A stretch of 63,550 nt of DNA, counting the filler, from Olpidium bornovanus S191 (taxonomy: Eukaryota; Fungi; Olpidiomycota): NCBI GenBank assembly GCA_017911155.1. It is 26 parts of 26 records of this genome, joined end to end, with 100 filler letters (N's around TTAATTAATTAA, not from the genome) between each part and the next. Parts side by side here need not be neighbours in the genome. Positions count along the whole stretch, not along the records: positions 23,375 to 25,518 come from JAEFCI010007792.1; positions 25,619 to 28,295 come from JAEFCI010004847.1; positions 28,396 to 30,134 come from JAEFCI010009298.1; positions 30,235 to 31,875 come from JAEFCI010013103.1; positions 31,976 to 34,317 come from JAEFCI010013500.1; positions 34,418 to 37,154 come from JAEFCI010007138.1; 20 more parts are not named here. One strand, written 5' to 3'. The notes beneath the pieces are model-generated. The model saw only the letters and a program-made list of their open reading frames with translations, had not been told where the DNA came from and searched no databases. Every line of letters starts with the position of its first letter. Within the stretch, counting starts at the first letter, position 1. The translations under genes and the position numbers were made by a program. Positions 24,050 through 37,254 of this stretch are shown here, one piece after another.

Positions 24050-25156
24050 GTCGGTTCGTGAGACGCAAGCCGGAAATGTCAACTGAAATGTATGGTGTTC
24101 CACTGTACGTGGACTCCGTCCAGTTCACTTTGCGGCAGTCACTTCTCGGATATGATTCTTGACGCTGCTGCCCAGACATTTTTTTTCGTTCCGTTTTCAG
24201 TTTCGCGGTTTTCTGTTCTTTGAACCTTTTTCCTCCCAAAAGATTTGTCGATTACGCTTTGATATCCCCTTTTCTTCCCTTCCGGATATCCGTGCCCAAA
24301 GGGGGGAAAACAGATATTCTGCTTTATGGCAGGCGATCTAAAAGAAAGTGGTTCGACCCCGGGGGGCACTGAAAAAGCGGGGGGCACTGGAAAAGTTTTT
24401 TATAATAAACTAGTTACTGGCCTGGGAGCTCGGGGCGATCGGACGGGTGGGGAGACGCGTAAAATCGGTCACGCCCTCACGGCGGGGGGCAAACGCGAAG
24501 CGGACGAAGTGGACCACGACGGTCGCCCTCGGAGATCGAAGATGACGACGGAAACGACGCGCAGGGAAGGCAGCCGGCGATACCGCGCCGGGGCTCCGAC
24601 AGAACGAAGGAAAGACGGAAATTTGACGGGCCGTGCCGATCGCCGGGTTGTCCATTTCGGTCTGGCGTTGTGCGGGGGCGGGAACGGTTCGACCGACGGC
24701 AGTTCTGCGGGCCCGCCCCGTTTTACGCATCGCCAGAAGGGGTTCGATTCGCCGGGGGGGGGGGGGGGGAAGGGGTTTAATCTACAGCTGCGGGCATCGT
24801 TTCTCGGTCACGGGCCCGATTACGAGTGCGCGCTGCGGCCGCGTCGATTTCCCTACGCGCGGCGACCGATCTATCTGTCGCTGAACAGCGCTTTCGCCTC
24901 GGTCGGGCCCGGGTCGGGAGAGACGTGTGCAGAGAGATGCTGCTCTCACCCGTGCGCGGGAGCCCTCGACAGTTGGCAAAGAACGGGCGAGGCGGACACG
25001 CCAAAATTGCAAGAGTGCGGACTGCGCATAGGACAAGCTTGAAACGTCAAATCTGAAATCTTCTGCTGCACGTGAATTGGCGACTTCCCGCCGAATTGCA
25101 CCAGCAGCCCCCGGGCGTAAAAACCAAACGAAGGAAGAAGAAGCGAAAACCCATCA

Positions 25157-25168
25157 GGTTATGAGCCC
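25157..25168 (+). mobile_element. Third copia-type PBS (GGTTATGAGCCC) directly after CA; possible short LTR upstream
   Basis: CCATCA|GGTTATGAGCCC; no coding remnant follows before low-complexity sequence. Confidence 0.5.
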
Positions 25169-25251
25169 GACAGTGCGTTGCCACCACCTTCCCCCCCCCC
25201 CCCCCCCCCCCGCCCCCCCCCAAACCCCCCCCCCCGCCCCCCCCGCCCCCC

Positions 25252-25283
<32 letters not shown>

Positions 25284-25293
25284 TGGGGGCCCC

Positions 25294-25325
<32 letters not shown>

Positions 25326-25618
25326 GGGGGGGGTGGGAGGCGGTCCCACCGACCGCGCCGGATCGCGAATTTCCCGCAAAAAAAAAAAAAAAAAAAGAAA
25401 AAAAAAAGAAGAAAAAAAAATTCGAGCGCCGCTTCCGCGCGGGGCGGCAAGAAAATAAATCGAAACCCCGCGGGCGGAATTTTTTTTTTCGGAAATTTCC
25501 TTTTTTTTCGCTGGCGGGNNNNNNNNNNNNNNNNNNNNNNNNNNNNNNNNNNNNNNNNNNNNTTAATTAATTAANNNNNNNNNNNNNNNNNNNNNNNNNN
25601 NNNNNNNNNNNNNNNNNN

Positions 25619-28242
25619 CCATGGTACGACGCTCTCCGGTGCTGGCTTGCAGGGTTGCTGATGGTCGGGTCTGATTTCAGCTATCGAAAAGGCGCGATTG
25701 AAAGGTTCGTGGACGCCGTTGCAGGCTGTACAAATGACGTTACGTCGTTGCTCTGTCACTGAGGTTTTGTTAGAACGTTGTTGGGACGCAGGCTATTTTC
25801 GCGTTTGCTGACAATCAGCTTACGCCTGGATAAAGGTACATTATCAACCTGCTCTATGAGGTGCCGTTGCCGCCGCCTGGTCGGTTGGAGGTGTCATTTG
25901 AGCTGCCGTCGTTATCATTGCGGAAGCAGCGCATATATGTGTCGCGCCCCGCTGTCAACGAGGTCCCAATAACCCGCAATGTGAGTCTTTTTGATTTTTG
26001 GAGGGCTTTCGAAGCGCCATATTTCTGACTGCGACTGGTGTTCCTGCCATTTTTTTGTTTTTTTTTTGAATCCAAGTATTCGTTTTACCCCATATTCCGC
26101 TGCCTCTCCAACTCGCATATTGTCCAAACACTGGAAGCGGTCTTGGGCGAGGCGAAAGTCATTTTCGTTACCTCGTTCCCCAGCATGCTGGCAATAGCTG
26201 TCGAATCCATCTGCTACCTGTTATATCCGTTGAGATTCCAAGGGATATGTATCCCAGTCCTGCCGTGCGGCCTTCTCGATTACCTGCAAGCACCTGTCCC
26301 GTACATCGTTGGCGTCAGCCGCGCGTGGTGGCAGCCAGACTCCGCTGCGAAGGATATCGACGATGTGGGTTTCGCCGCTCGGCGCAGAAAAGTTGAACAC
26401 GACTTGCGGGCCTAACGCCCCCCCGCGCGCTCCGCTACATAAGGCGTGCATTGTAGATTTGGACGCCAACACGATAACCTATTCGACGTCTTTTCGTGCC
26501 CGGAGACTGCCGCCCAGGCAACGTCGAAAGGTTCTGGATCGCCTCGACACTTTCTTGACCATTCACCGCGAACGCCTGGGGGTTCCGTACGGCGTTCCCC
26601 AAGAGATGCGGGAGTTTTATCCGCACGGGCACCCGTTTTTCGGCCAAAATATCGTGACCCACGCGAAAAGGGCCTCCCTCGCCGGGCGCGCGTGGAGGGG
26701 GCCGACCTCGGACCCAGGCACCCCCTCGCTGCCGGTGCCCGACGCCGGCAAGGCTCCTCCTGTGCACGAAGCGGACGGTCACGCGCCGAAGGCGCGGAGG
26801 CGGTCGATGCAAAGCCGGCTTCGCGACACGCGCTCGCCGACTTTCCAGATGTTCACTTCCTCCGACATCCGCCGCTCGTCGTCGACTTCGATGACCTCGC
26901 TGGGCAAAGGAGCGGAGAGCTCGCAGGGCAGTCCGTTCAAAACTCTGATCGGTAAATTGGCAGGACCGTCCTTGACGAGGAACACGCTGACGGTAAGCAC
27001 CGAAAACCTGCAGGGCCGCACTGCATTCCAGGACACCCCCGTCAGAAGTTCATTAGAGCGGACGACACCTTCGCCGTCGAGCTTCGGAGACAAGAGCGGC
27101 AGGATGCTGTCGCCTCAGGCGGAGGAGAAGTCGCCGGGGATCTCCAGGTCGCGAAAATCGACCTCCTCGCTGGCCGGCAGCGGCCGGCTCGAGCGTTTTT
27201 CGACGCGGCTGCGCAACGCGATGGCGCCCGAATCCAATCGCGCGCCTTCGGCACAAGGTAACCCGGGTGTGCGCGTCCAAAGCCCCGCGCCGTCTGCGCA
27301 GCAAAGTCGGGTCTTGAGCGGACAGGAACCGTCGCCCGCGTCGTCGCCGTCCACGCTGTCGCAGAGCACCTTCGTGCCTTCGTACAACGGCCCGCAGCAC
27401 AGCGAGACCACCTCGTCGCTCAGCGAATACGACAACGTCAGCCTGTACAGCGCAGACGAGAAGGGCTCCGGGCCGTCCCTGATCCAATCGGGTGGAGGAG
27501 CGGGAAAGAGCGAGAAGCGGACGGCCGGTCCGCTCGCCGCCCCGCTTGCTGAGCACGCGCGCCGCCCCAGCGTCGCGAGCTTGTTCTCGGCCGCTCCGCG
27601 CGCGCCGGAAACTCCACCGGTTCCTCGCAGGGAAGAGCGTGCCGAGGGACACCGTTTCCAGCAGGTGTTCCCGGAAGAAGCGGCCGTCCCGTCGCCCCAG
27701 CCGGTCGGCTCTTCGGAGGGGTCGGGGGCGCCGAAACGGGCGAGCTGCTTGTCCTGCCGCGAGGAAATCGACCAGACGCAGGCTCAGACTATGAAATGCG
27801 GCGGTACGTCGAAAACGCGCGATGCCGACGCCCCTCTGGTTTTCCGCCGGACGGTAAATTTTGATCGGCGGGTTAATACCCCGCTTTTGGGCCGCGCGCG
27901 CTTACGGTCAAAACGGCGCTTGCGCGGGGTGGTGTTCCACCAAAAAACCTTTTTTGATTTGTTTTTTTCCTTTTTTTTGTGCTCTCAAGATTGCGGTTGG
28001 GTGGTGCACGAATCGTGCGCCCCGCGGGTGCTTGAGCCTTGCCCAGCGAACTTCAGGGAAGCGGAGGTACTGGAGACGTTCCTGAACATGTTTGCTTCTC
28101 TGCTGCGGAACTACCGCATTTTCCTCGGCGAGCCGAAAACAAAGAGCGAAAACGCCAAGTCGCCGACCGGCAGCAGCAGCGGCATCCCAGCAGAGGAAAG
28201 TCTGAGAGACCAGTTCCTACAAACGCTAGAACCCGAAGCAGT

Positions 28243-28243
<1 letters not shown>
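25619..28243 (+). CDS. DENN-domain Rab GEF-like protein with embedded C1 zinc finger, partial at both ends
   Basis: NLLYEVPLPPPG, YSFYPIFRCL...CIPVLPCGLLDYLQAPVPYIVGV, IVDLDANTI, C1 motif H..CLSC-x13-CGDC-x4-H-x2-C-x7-C, then FLNMFASLLRNYRIFL (dDENN). Confidence 0.9.
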
Positions 28244-28295
<52 letters not shown>

Positions 28296-28395
28296 NNNNN
28301 NNNNNNNNNNNNNNNNNNNNNNNNNNNNNNNNNNNNNNNTTAATTAATTAANNNNNNNNNNNNNNNNNNNNNNNNNNNNNNNNNNNNNNNNNNNN

Positions 28396-29560
28396 CATGG
28401 CTCGCGCGTTGTTCTTCGCCTGCACAACGCTCACGAGTGCCGTCCCTGCGCCACCGATGAGCGGGTCGGAATCTGGCGTTCTATCGACCTGGTACGAGTA
28501 CGAGAACCGGTCGCCTCGCAGCAAGTTCAGCACGAGAGAGTTGTTGTTACTGGAAAGGCGGTGACCGACGCCCTCGTACAGCACGGGGGCCTCAAGCTCG
28601 ACCCGTTTCCTCTGCCCGCTCGGGTCGCTAGGGCCCAGCACCGGACCGGCTCCAGAGTCCACGTTCGTTGCCGCCAGGCGGGTGTGAGACGACGAGTTTC
28701 TTTGCCCGTATGCCGTGTCGTGCGTGAAGTGGTCTATCACCAGCGTGTTCCGGTCATCGAATTCGATTCCGAACTCGTAAGCCATCGCTCTCCACGACTC
28801 GTGGAAACCCGTATCCAGCGACACGATGATGTTGCCGCCCTTCTTTACGAAGTCGACGACGGTGCGGAGCTCAAGGTTCGGGCCCCAACCTAAGAAGACC
28901 AGGAAAAAACCGGACGGCAAACGTGAGAGGGAAAGTCCAAGCAGATCCGCAGCACACGCGGTGTAGCGTCGGGTCCGCGAATAAAACGTACTTTTTGACT
29001 TCGGAGCAAACAAAATAAGGCTCTCGTAAGACGGAGCGCTAAACTCTTCTATCGCGATCTTATCATTTCCGGCCTGCTTGAAATCCAGCGAGTATCCACG
29101 CTCTGACGTGGCAACAACGGTTCGCGGTTAAGCCGAGGGACGCTTCCGCGCGGTAACGTTTACCCGAGGCACGGCCAGCAGTCTGGCAGCCCTCTGAACG
29201 CAAAAACGCGCGGCGGTTTAAGCCAAATCCTCCATCATCGGGAGGTCTCGCGTCTTGCCGACAGATCCTTCCCTTCGCTCAGTCCGTCCCGATCGACGGA
29301 CGACACGACACCCGAGGTCCGGTCGCCTGAAACCTCCCTCCGGTTTCTTTTTTTTTCTTTTTTTTGGGTTTGGCAGCAGGCCTACCGACCTTCCAAAGAG
29401 CTCCAGAAGTTCGAGTACTTGTCTTTCGTGTCGAGTGCATCGAGCAAGACGAGCACACGCCGATATGATTTCGCGGTTGCGACGGGCAGGTCCGCTGCGA
29501 CAGGCGAGGGCGTGCATAGCAAGACGACGAGCAGCGCGATGAGCAAAACGCACAGTCGGC
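28396..29560 (-). CDS. WBP1: Oligosaccharyltransferase subunit WBP1/OST48, 3'-partial; start uncertain
   Basis: Signal-like LLIALLVVLL, RVLVLLD...YSNFWSSLEERGY, YESLILFAPKSK, VDFVKKGGNIIV, EFGIEFDDRNTLVIDHF, VLYEGVGHRL, ALVSVVQAKNNAR. Confidence 0.95.
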
Positions 29561-29685
29561 CAGGAGCGAAGGGGGGGAGCGGGCGGCCTGCCGCGCCGCG
29601 GGGACGAAAGGACGGCCGCGTGGCCGCCGGCGGCGCCGGCTCGAGCGGCAGCGTGCCGGGGCGGGGGCGCCTTCGTGGGTTGGGC

Positions 29686-29717
<32 letters not shown>

Positions 29718-30409
29718 CGCGCGAGTAATTTTTCTCCTCTCCCCCCGGTGTGACGTTCTGCTGCCGCGTGGGAGGGGGGAAACCCGGCGGTGCCCGTGCC
29801 TCCGCGGGAGGGCGCGCGCAAAGGGAGACCGGGCTGCGGTCGTCAACCACGCCCGCCCCGACAAACCAGTCGCGCATCCATCCAATCTGAAGCGGCGAAG
29901 CCTTTTGTTCGTGACGCTGACACGCACCCCCCATCTACCTCCCAAGGCCGGCTGCAGCGTGCGGCAGGCGCGGCTGGCCTTACGGGAATATTTTACTGAA
30001 ACAGTGCGCACGCCATGACAGCTCGGCAGGCGCAGCAGAAAACAACATCTCTCAATCTGTGCAGCAGCCAAAGCGTCCCCAACATCGCGCCAAGGATAAG
30101 ATCGATACCTCTAATTGGAAAAAGGCATCGGGGANNNNNNNNNNNNNNNNNNNNNNNNNNNNNNNNNNNNNNNNNNNNTTAATTAATTAANNNNNNNNNN
30201 NNNNNNNNNNNNNNNNNNNNNNNNNNNNNNNNNNCCTCGCCGCCTTCCCCCCCCCCCCCCCCCCCCCGTTTCCCCCCCCCCTCGCCCCAATCCCGCCGGG
30301 CTCTGGAAACCGGTGGGAGCCGGGTTGTAAGCCGCCGGGCCGCGCCTGTAATTTTTGGAGGCGCCGGGGCGCGCGCGCCGCCTGCAATTTTTGAACGCGG
30401 GGTTCGCAG

Positions 30410-30644
30410 GCGGCCCAGGCGAGGTCGTACAAGATCAGTTTGCAAACAAACAGGGGAGGCAAATATATCAATGATCGCTGGAATCGACATCTTACCGACC
30501 CGGCAAACGCCATTTTGTCACCGTTCGTGACTCCCCCACCCCCCAAACGGGGAAAACGTTTGCTCATGGCAACGGGAGGCAACATAAAGGATAACTATAT
30601 AACCCTCTGGCGTCTTCCGCGCACCCTCCAACACCCCTCCGATG
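30410..30644 (+). CDS. Orphan internal exon of an unidentified gene
   Basis: Open 235-nt stretch bounded by CGCAG| and |GTGAGC encoding AAQARSYKISLQTNRGGKYINDRWNRHL...DNYITLWRLP; no family recognised. Confidence 0.35.
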
Positions 30645-31582
30645 GTGAGCGAGCGCATCGAGTTGTTGTTGTGACATCAGTCACAACAAATAGACCATCT
30701 TCGACACGCTCTTTGATGCCGGGGAGAAACCAAGTAGCGAATAAACGCCGCTAAACTACTACACCCCCCCCCCCCCCCCCCGCGGCGGCTGTTTTTGGGA
30801 GGGAACGCGGGGCTGAGTACAGGCCCTGCGGCGTCGAGAACGAAAAGGCATTTGGCCTCGCCGACCCACTCGACCTGGCAAACCCATAAGGGGGTCCGAA
30901 GCCCGAGTCCCATATCCATCGTAGACGACTGCGGCGGATGAAAGCGGAGTCCGGGAATTAGCCGCTACACTCGCAGATCTTGGCTTTCGGTATTCTTGAC
31001 TCCCGAAGTTTGTAGTTAATTAGATTTTATACCCCAGAAGAGAAAAAAAACTTTCAATGACGTCATGTCGTTTTTGCCATTCAAAAGTTTTTGACGGTGC
31101 ACCCAGTCGGTCCAGTTGCGAAACGTAACGACTCGACGCCGCGAGTCCACGACTTTGCAAGCCTTCAGTGCCCTTCGCGATTGAAGCAAGGTAGAGCTCG
31201 CGCGAACTCCAGCGTGACGCACCAAACCGAAAAAAAAATTAAGCGATTTCAACTATTTCGAGCACGTCGCGGCGGCAGATACTGGTACCGAAAGGCAAAA
31301 GCAGCCAGCAGTCGCCCTCCACAACCTATGCCAGTGGTGTGTTCGTTCCCGAACGTTCGGTGACTGCTCGTTATCTCACTCTCGCCAGATCTTTTTTCGG
31401 GGTTTTCTATTATATTTCGTCTTTTCTTTGTTTTTTCGTTTTTTTTTTCGTTTTTTTTTTTCGTTTTTTTTTTCGTTTTTTTTTTCGTTTTTAGTTTCCT
31501 TATTTTTGGGGGGTTTACTTGCTTTTTCTTGTTATATTGTTTTTTTCTTCTTCATGGTATCTCGTAGAATATCTTGGCGTAC

Positions 31583-31809
31583 CTGGCGTTGTCAACCTTG
31601 CACTGCCTCACTTTGTCCCTCAGGTCAGGGTCCGCGAAGTGTTCTTTTTTTGACGTGGTGGTTTTTTAAGAAAAAGAAAAGAAGGGGGGATGTGGTGGGG
31701 GAGGTAAATTGAGGGCATCTTTATGAACAAAATAAAAAAGGGGAAAAAGACGCACCGTTCGCAAATTGGTGGAGATCCTCCGGATACTCGGACAAGACCC
31801 TCTGCATGT
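31583..31809 (-). CDS. RIIa dimerization/docking-domain protein (RIIAD1-like), partial; exons 31809-31756 and 31643-31583
   Basis: Spliced xMQRVLSEYPEDLHQFAN|EHFADPDLRDKVRQ resembles RIIAD1 (FREIFLKRPDNILEFAADYFTDPRL). Missed by the ORF track. Confidence 0.68.
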
Positions 31810-32182
31810 CTGAGAAAAAAATCCCGGCCCTGTCCGAAAACGAACGCAATTTGACATCTGTCGCTTTAAGCCCGANNNNNNNNNNNNNNNNNNNNNNNNN
31901 NNNNNNNNNNNNNNNNNNNTTAATTAATTAANNNNNNNNNNNNNNNNNNNNNNNNNNNNNNNNNNNNNNNNNNNNCATGTAAGGAAAGATATAGTCGAAC
32001 CCGCTGATGACCGCGGGTGACCCATAAAGATACTTGTTTTTTTGAAATTTGAATTTATTTGGCTTTGAAATTTGAATTTATTTGGCGGACGGAATATAGT
32101 CAGGATTATTTGGCGGACTTTGAGGGTTTGGAGGATCTGAGTAATGGCACTTGGCCGAGGATTATGCGGACGGCTTGCACCT

Positions 32183-32697
32183 CGGGTGAAAACGGCCAGA
32201 CTGAAAAAAAATCACCCAGGATCAGTCATGAATAAGATACACAGGTGATTTTCTTCCAGTCTGGCCGATTTCACCCGACTTCTTGAGCGGATCAGTCATG
32301 AATAAGATAATTCCAGTCTGGCCGTTTTTGAGAGGAACAGTCATGAATAAGATACACAGGTGGGAGTCCAGTCTGGCCGTTTTCACCCGACTTCTTGAGA
32401 GGATCAGTCATGAATAAGATACCAGTCTGGCCGATTTCACCCGACTGGCCGATTTCACCCGACTTCTTGAGCGGATCAGTCATGAATAAGATAATTCCAG
32501 TCTGGCCGTTTTCACCCGGCTTCTTGAGAGGAACAGTCATGAATAAAATACACAGGTGGGAGTCCAGTCTGGCCGTTTTCACCCGACTTCTTGAGAGGAA
32601 CAGTCATGAATAAGATACACAGGTGGGAGTCCAGTCTGGCCGTTTTCACCCGACTTCTTGAGAGGATCAGTCATGAATAAGATACACAGGTGGGAGT
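32183..32697. repeat. Modular tandem array (main period 67 bp, 8 core copies) with an inverted copy at the left end
   Basis: Core CAGTCATGAATAA(G/A)ATA x8; module CAGTCTGGCCG(T/A)TTTCACCCG recurs; 32183-32203 is its exact reverse complement. Confidence 0.95.
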
Positions 32698-33034
32698 GTT
32701 TCAGACACGGAGCCGGTAACTTTTTTTAGTACTCTCAGATTTTGGCATAATTGGGTAGCTACCAGATGTTTATGTCGGGCCGTTCTCGTCGGAGAGTTGG
32801 ATTGCGAGTGGAATCAGCCGGCGGCTCGGTACATACTGCATATCGTTCGTTTGTCCGTCGCGAGGGTGGGAGGAATGTAAAATATGCTGCCCTGGAAAAA
32901 AAAAAAAAAAAAAAAAAAAAACCGCGAGCGCGTTTCGCGGGAAATCCCCCTCCCCCCCTTCTCTTCCCCCCTCCCCACCCCGTTCCCCCCAGACACACCA
33001 CGCTGACAGGGGGACAAGACAACACGAGCCCACG

Positions 33035-34317
33035 ATGTTGCTGCCGCGCGCTGGCCGGCCTGCCCAGGCTGCTTGCCGCCGCGACGCCCCGCCTGTCGTG
33101 CTTCGCTGCCTGCTCTCCCTCGCCGCAGACGTCGCGAGGAGAATAGCGCCCGCGCCCGCGGCCGCCGTGCTGCCGGCCCGCCGTCACTTTCGCCAGCCGT
33201 GCCGCCTGGGGAGAGCGTTGCCGCGCGCCGAGGCGCCCGGGGCGCACGACGCTGCCACGCGGGGTGCCGTGCACGCGGGCTTCCCCGCCGCCGGCGGGTT
33301 GGTCGCCGGATTGTCCGCACCGAAACGGCGCCTTTTGCATGCCCGTGCTCAGCCGGCGGCCAACTCGTCGGCTGCTCCACCTGCTGCGGCCTCGACGCCG
33401 GCTGTGCTTCGAAAGGGCGGCGCCGCGCGGACGACGAACGTCTCTAAAGACGGCTTCACTGCTGTTACCACGCTGGCTAATGGCCTGCGGGTGGCGACGG
33501 AGAATACCCCCGGACATTTTGCCGCACTCGGTATATACATCGACGCCGGCTCTCGGTACGAGACCGAAAAAACGAGAGGGTGCAGCCACTTGATGGATAG
33601 ACTTGCTTTTAAGGTGGGGTCGCGGGTTTGTGGAATCCACCCGTGTGGAGTGTGTTGAGAAGAGGGCCAAAAACAGCCTTGCGTGCGGTGCAGGATGGTA
33701 TTCAGAACAGCTTCCTAATGACGCTGTCGTCAAGTAGGGCACGGAGAACCGCACTATTAAAGACATTCAGGACGAAGCCCAGTCGCTTGGTGGAAACATA
33801 ACCTGTACGTCTTCGAGGGAGACCATCATCTATCAGGCCGCGGTGTTCAAGGACGATGTTCCACAGGCGTTCTCCCTGCTGGCCGACGTCGTGCGGAATC
33901 TAAAAGTGTCCGAACGGGACGTTGACGAGCAACGGGAAACGGCTCTGTACGAGATCACGGATTTGGCCCAGAAACCAGAATCGCTCCTCCCGGAATATCT
34001 ACACTTGGCCGCCTACAAAGACAACACCCTCGGTTTACAGTTGCTTTGCGACCCTGAAAGACTTGCCGCCGTACAATTGGATGACATTCTCTTTTACCGG
34101 GAGACCTTTTACCGGCCTTCCAGAATCGTCGTTGCCGCCTGCGGCGTGGACCACGCACAGGTGGTCAAGTTGGCCGAAAAAGAACTGGGCGATTGGCATG
34201 ACCCGGAATATCCTCTTGCCCCAGAGGCGTCCTCGGAGCGCGTTGCGGCCGTCGTGGCCTCGACGCCAGATCGGATGCACTTGGGCGAGGAGGCGAAAGA
34301 GGCGTTCGCAGAACTGA
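33035..34317 (+). CDS. MAS2: Mitochondrial processing peptidase alpha subunit, 3'-partial; intron about 33613-33737
   Basis: TLANGLRVATE, GIYIDAGSRYE, HLMDRLAFK (no HxxEH, so alpha subunit), LGGNITCTSSRETIIYQA, HLAAYKDNTLG; Arg/Ala-rich presequence. Confidence 0.95.
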
Positions 34318-34417
34318 NNNNNNNNNNNNNNNNNNNNNNNNNNNNNNNNNNNNNNNNNNNNTTAATTAATTAANNNNNNNNNNNNNNNNNNNNNNNNNNN
34401 NNNNNNNNNNNNNNNNN

Positions 34418-34463
<46 letters not shown>

Positions 34464-34623
34464 GGAAAGCTTATATAAAACCGGGCGGCGTGTTCACCTT
34501 CCCCCCACCCACGCTTCCTCCCCCGACACCGACACCACCCCTCCCCCCCCTCCGCGCGTGTCCCGCGACAAGAAGAATCACGCGCGCGACGCCCACGCCC
34601 GCCGCCGCCGTCCCGCGGCCACA

Positions 34624-36817
<2,194 letters not shown>

Positions 36818-37254
36818 AAAAGCCGGGCCAGCGGTGAAATTTTTGTCTTTTCCCCCTTCCCCTTTGCATTTTCCCCCCGCCCCCCCCCCCCCTTTCCTCC
36901 ACCCTTCATCCTCCTCCCTGTGAGGCTCTGCGGTTTTTCTTTTCCACTCTCATCCTCAAAGCCTAATCTGCTGTTTTCACGCTCCTATTTTTTTTCCTCT
37001 CTCTGTTCTACATATTTTCGTTTTTTTTTGTATCATGTTTCTGTATTTTTTTTTCCTTTTGGTTTATCTTACCTGCAATCCTTTTTTTTTTTTGCTCTGC
37101 CACCCTTGCTTTCTTTGGAGCCATTGTATCATCAATCCTCTCTCCTACTATCTANNNNNNNNNNNNNNNNNNNNNNNNNNNNNNNNNNNNNNNNNNNNTT
37201 AATTAATTAANNNNNNNNNNNNNNNNNNNNNNNNNNNNNNNNNNNNNNNNNNNN

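Noticed and set aside
24340-24760. B-box-like GGTTCGA motifs (about 24350 and 24742) suggesting tRNA or SINE
   Set aside because: No cloverleaf stems or convincing A box could be built.
32183-32697. CRISPR-like appearance of the 67-bp array
   Set aside because: The inter-repeat segments are themselves repeated modules, not unique spacers; eukaryotic context and no cas genes.
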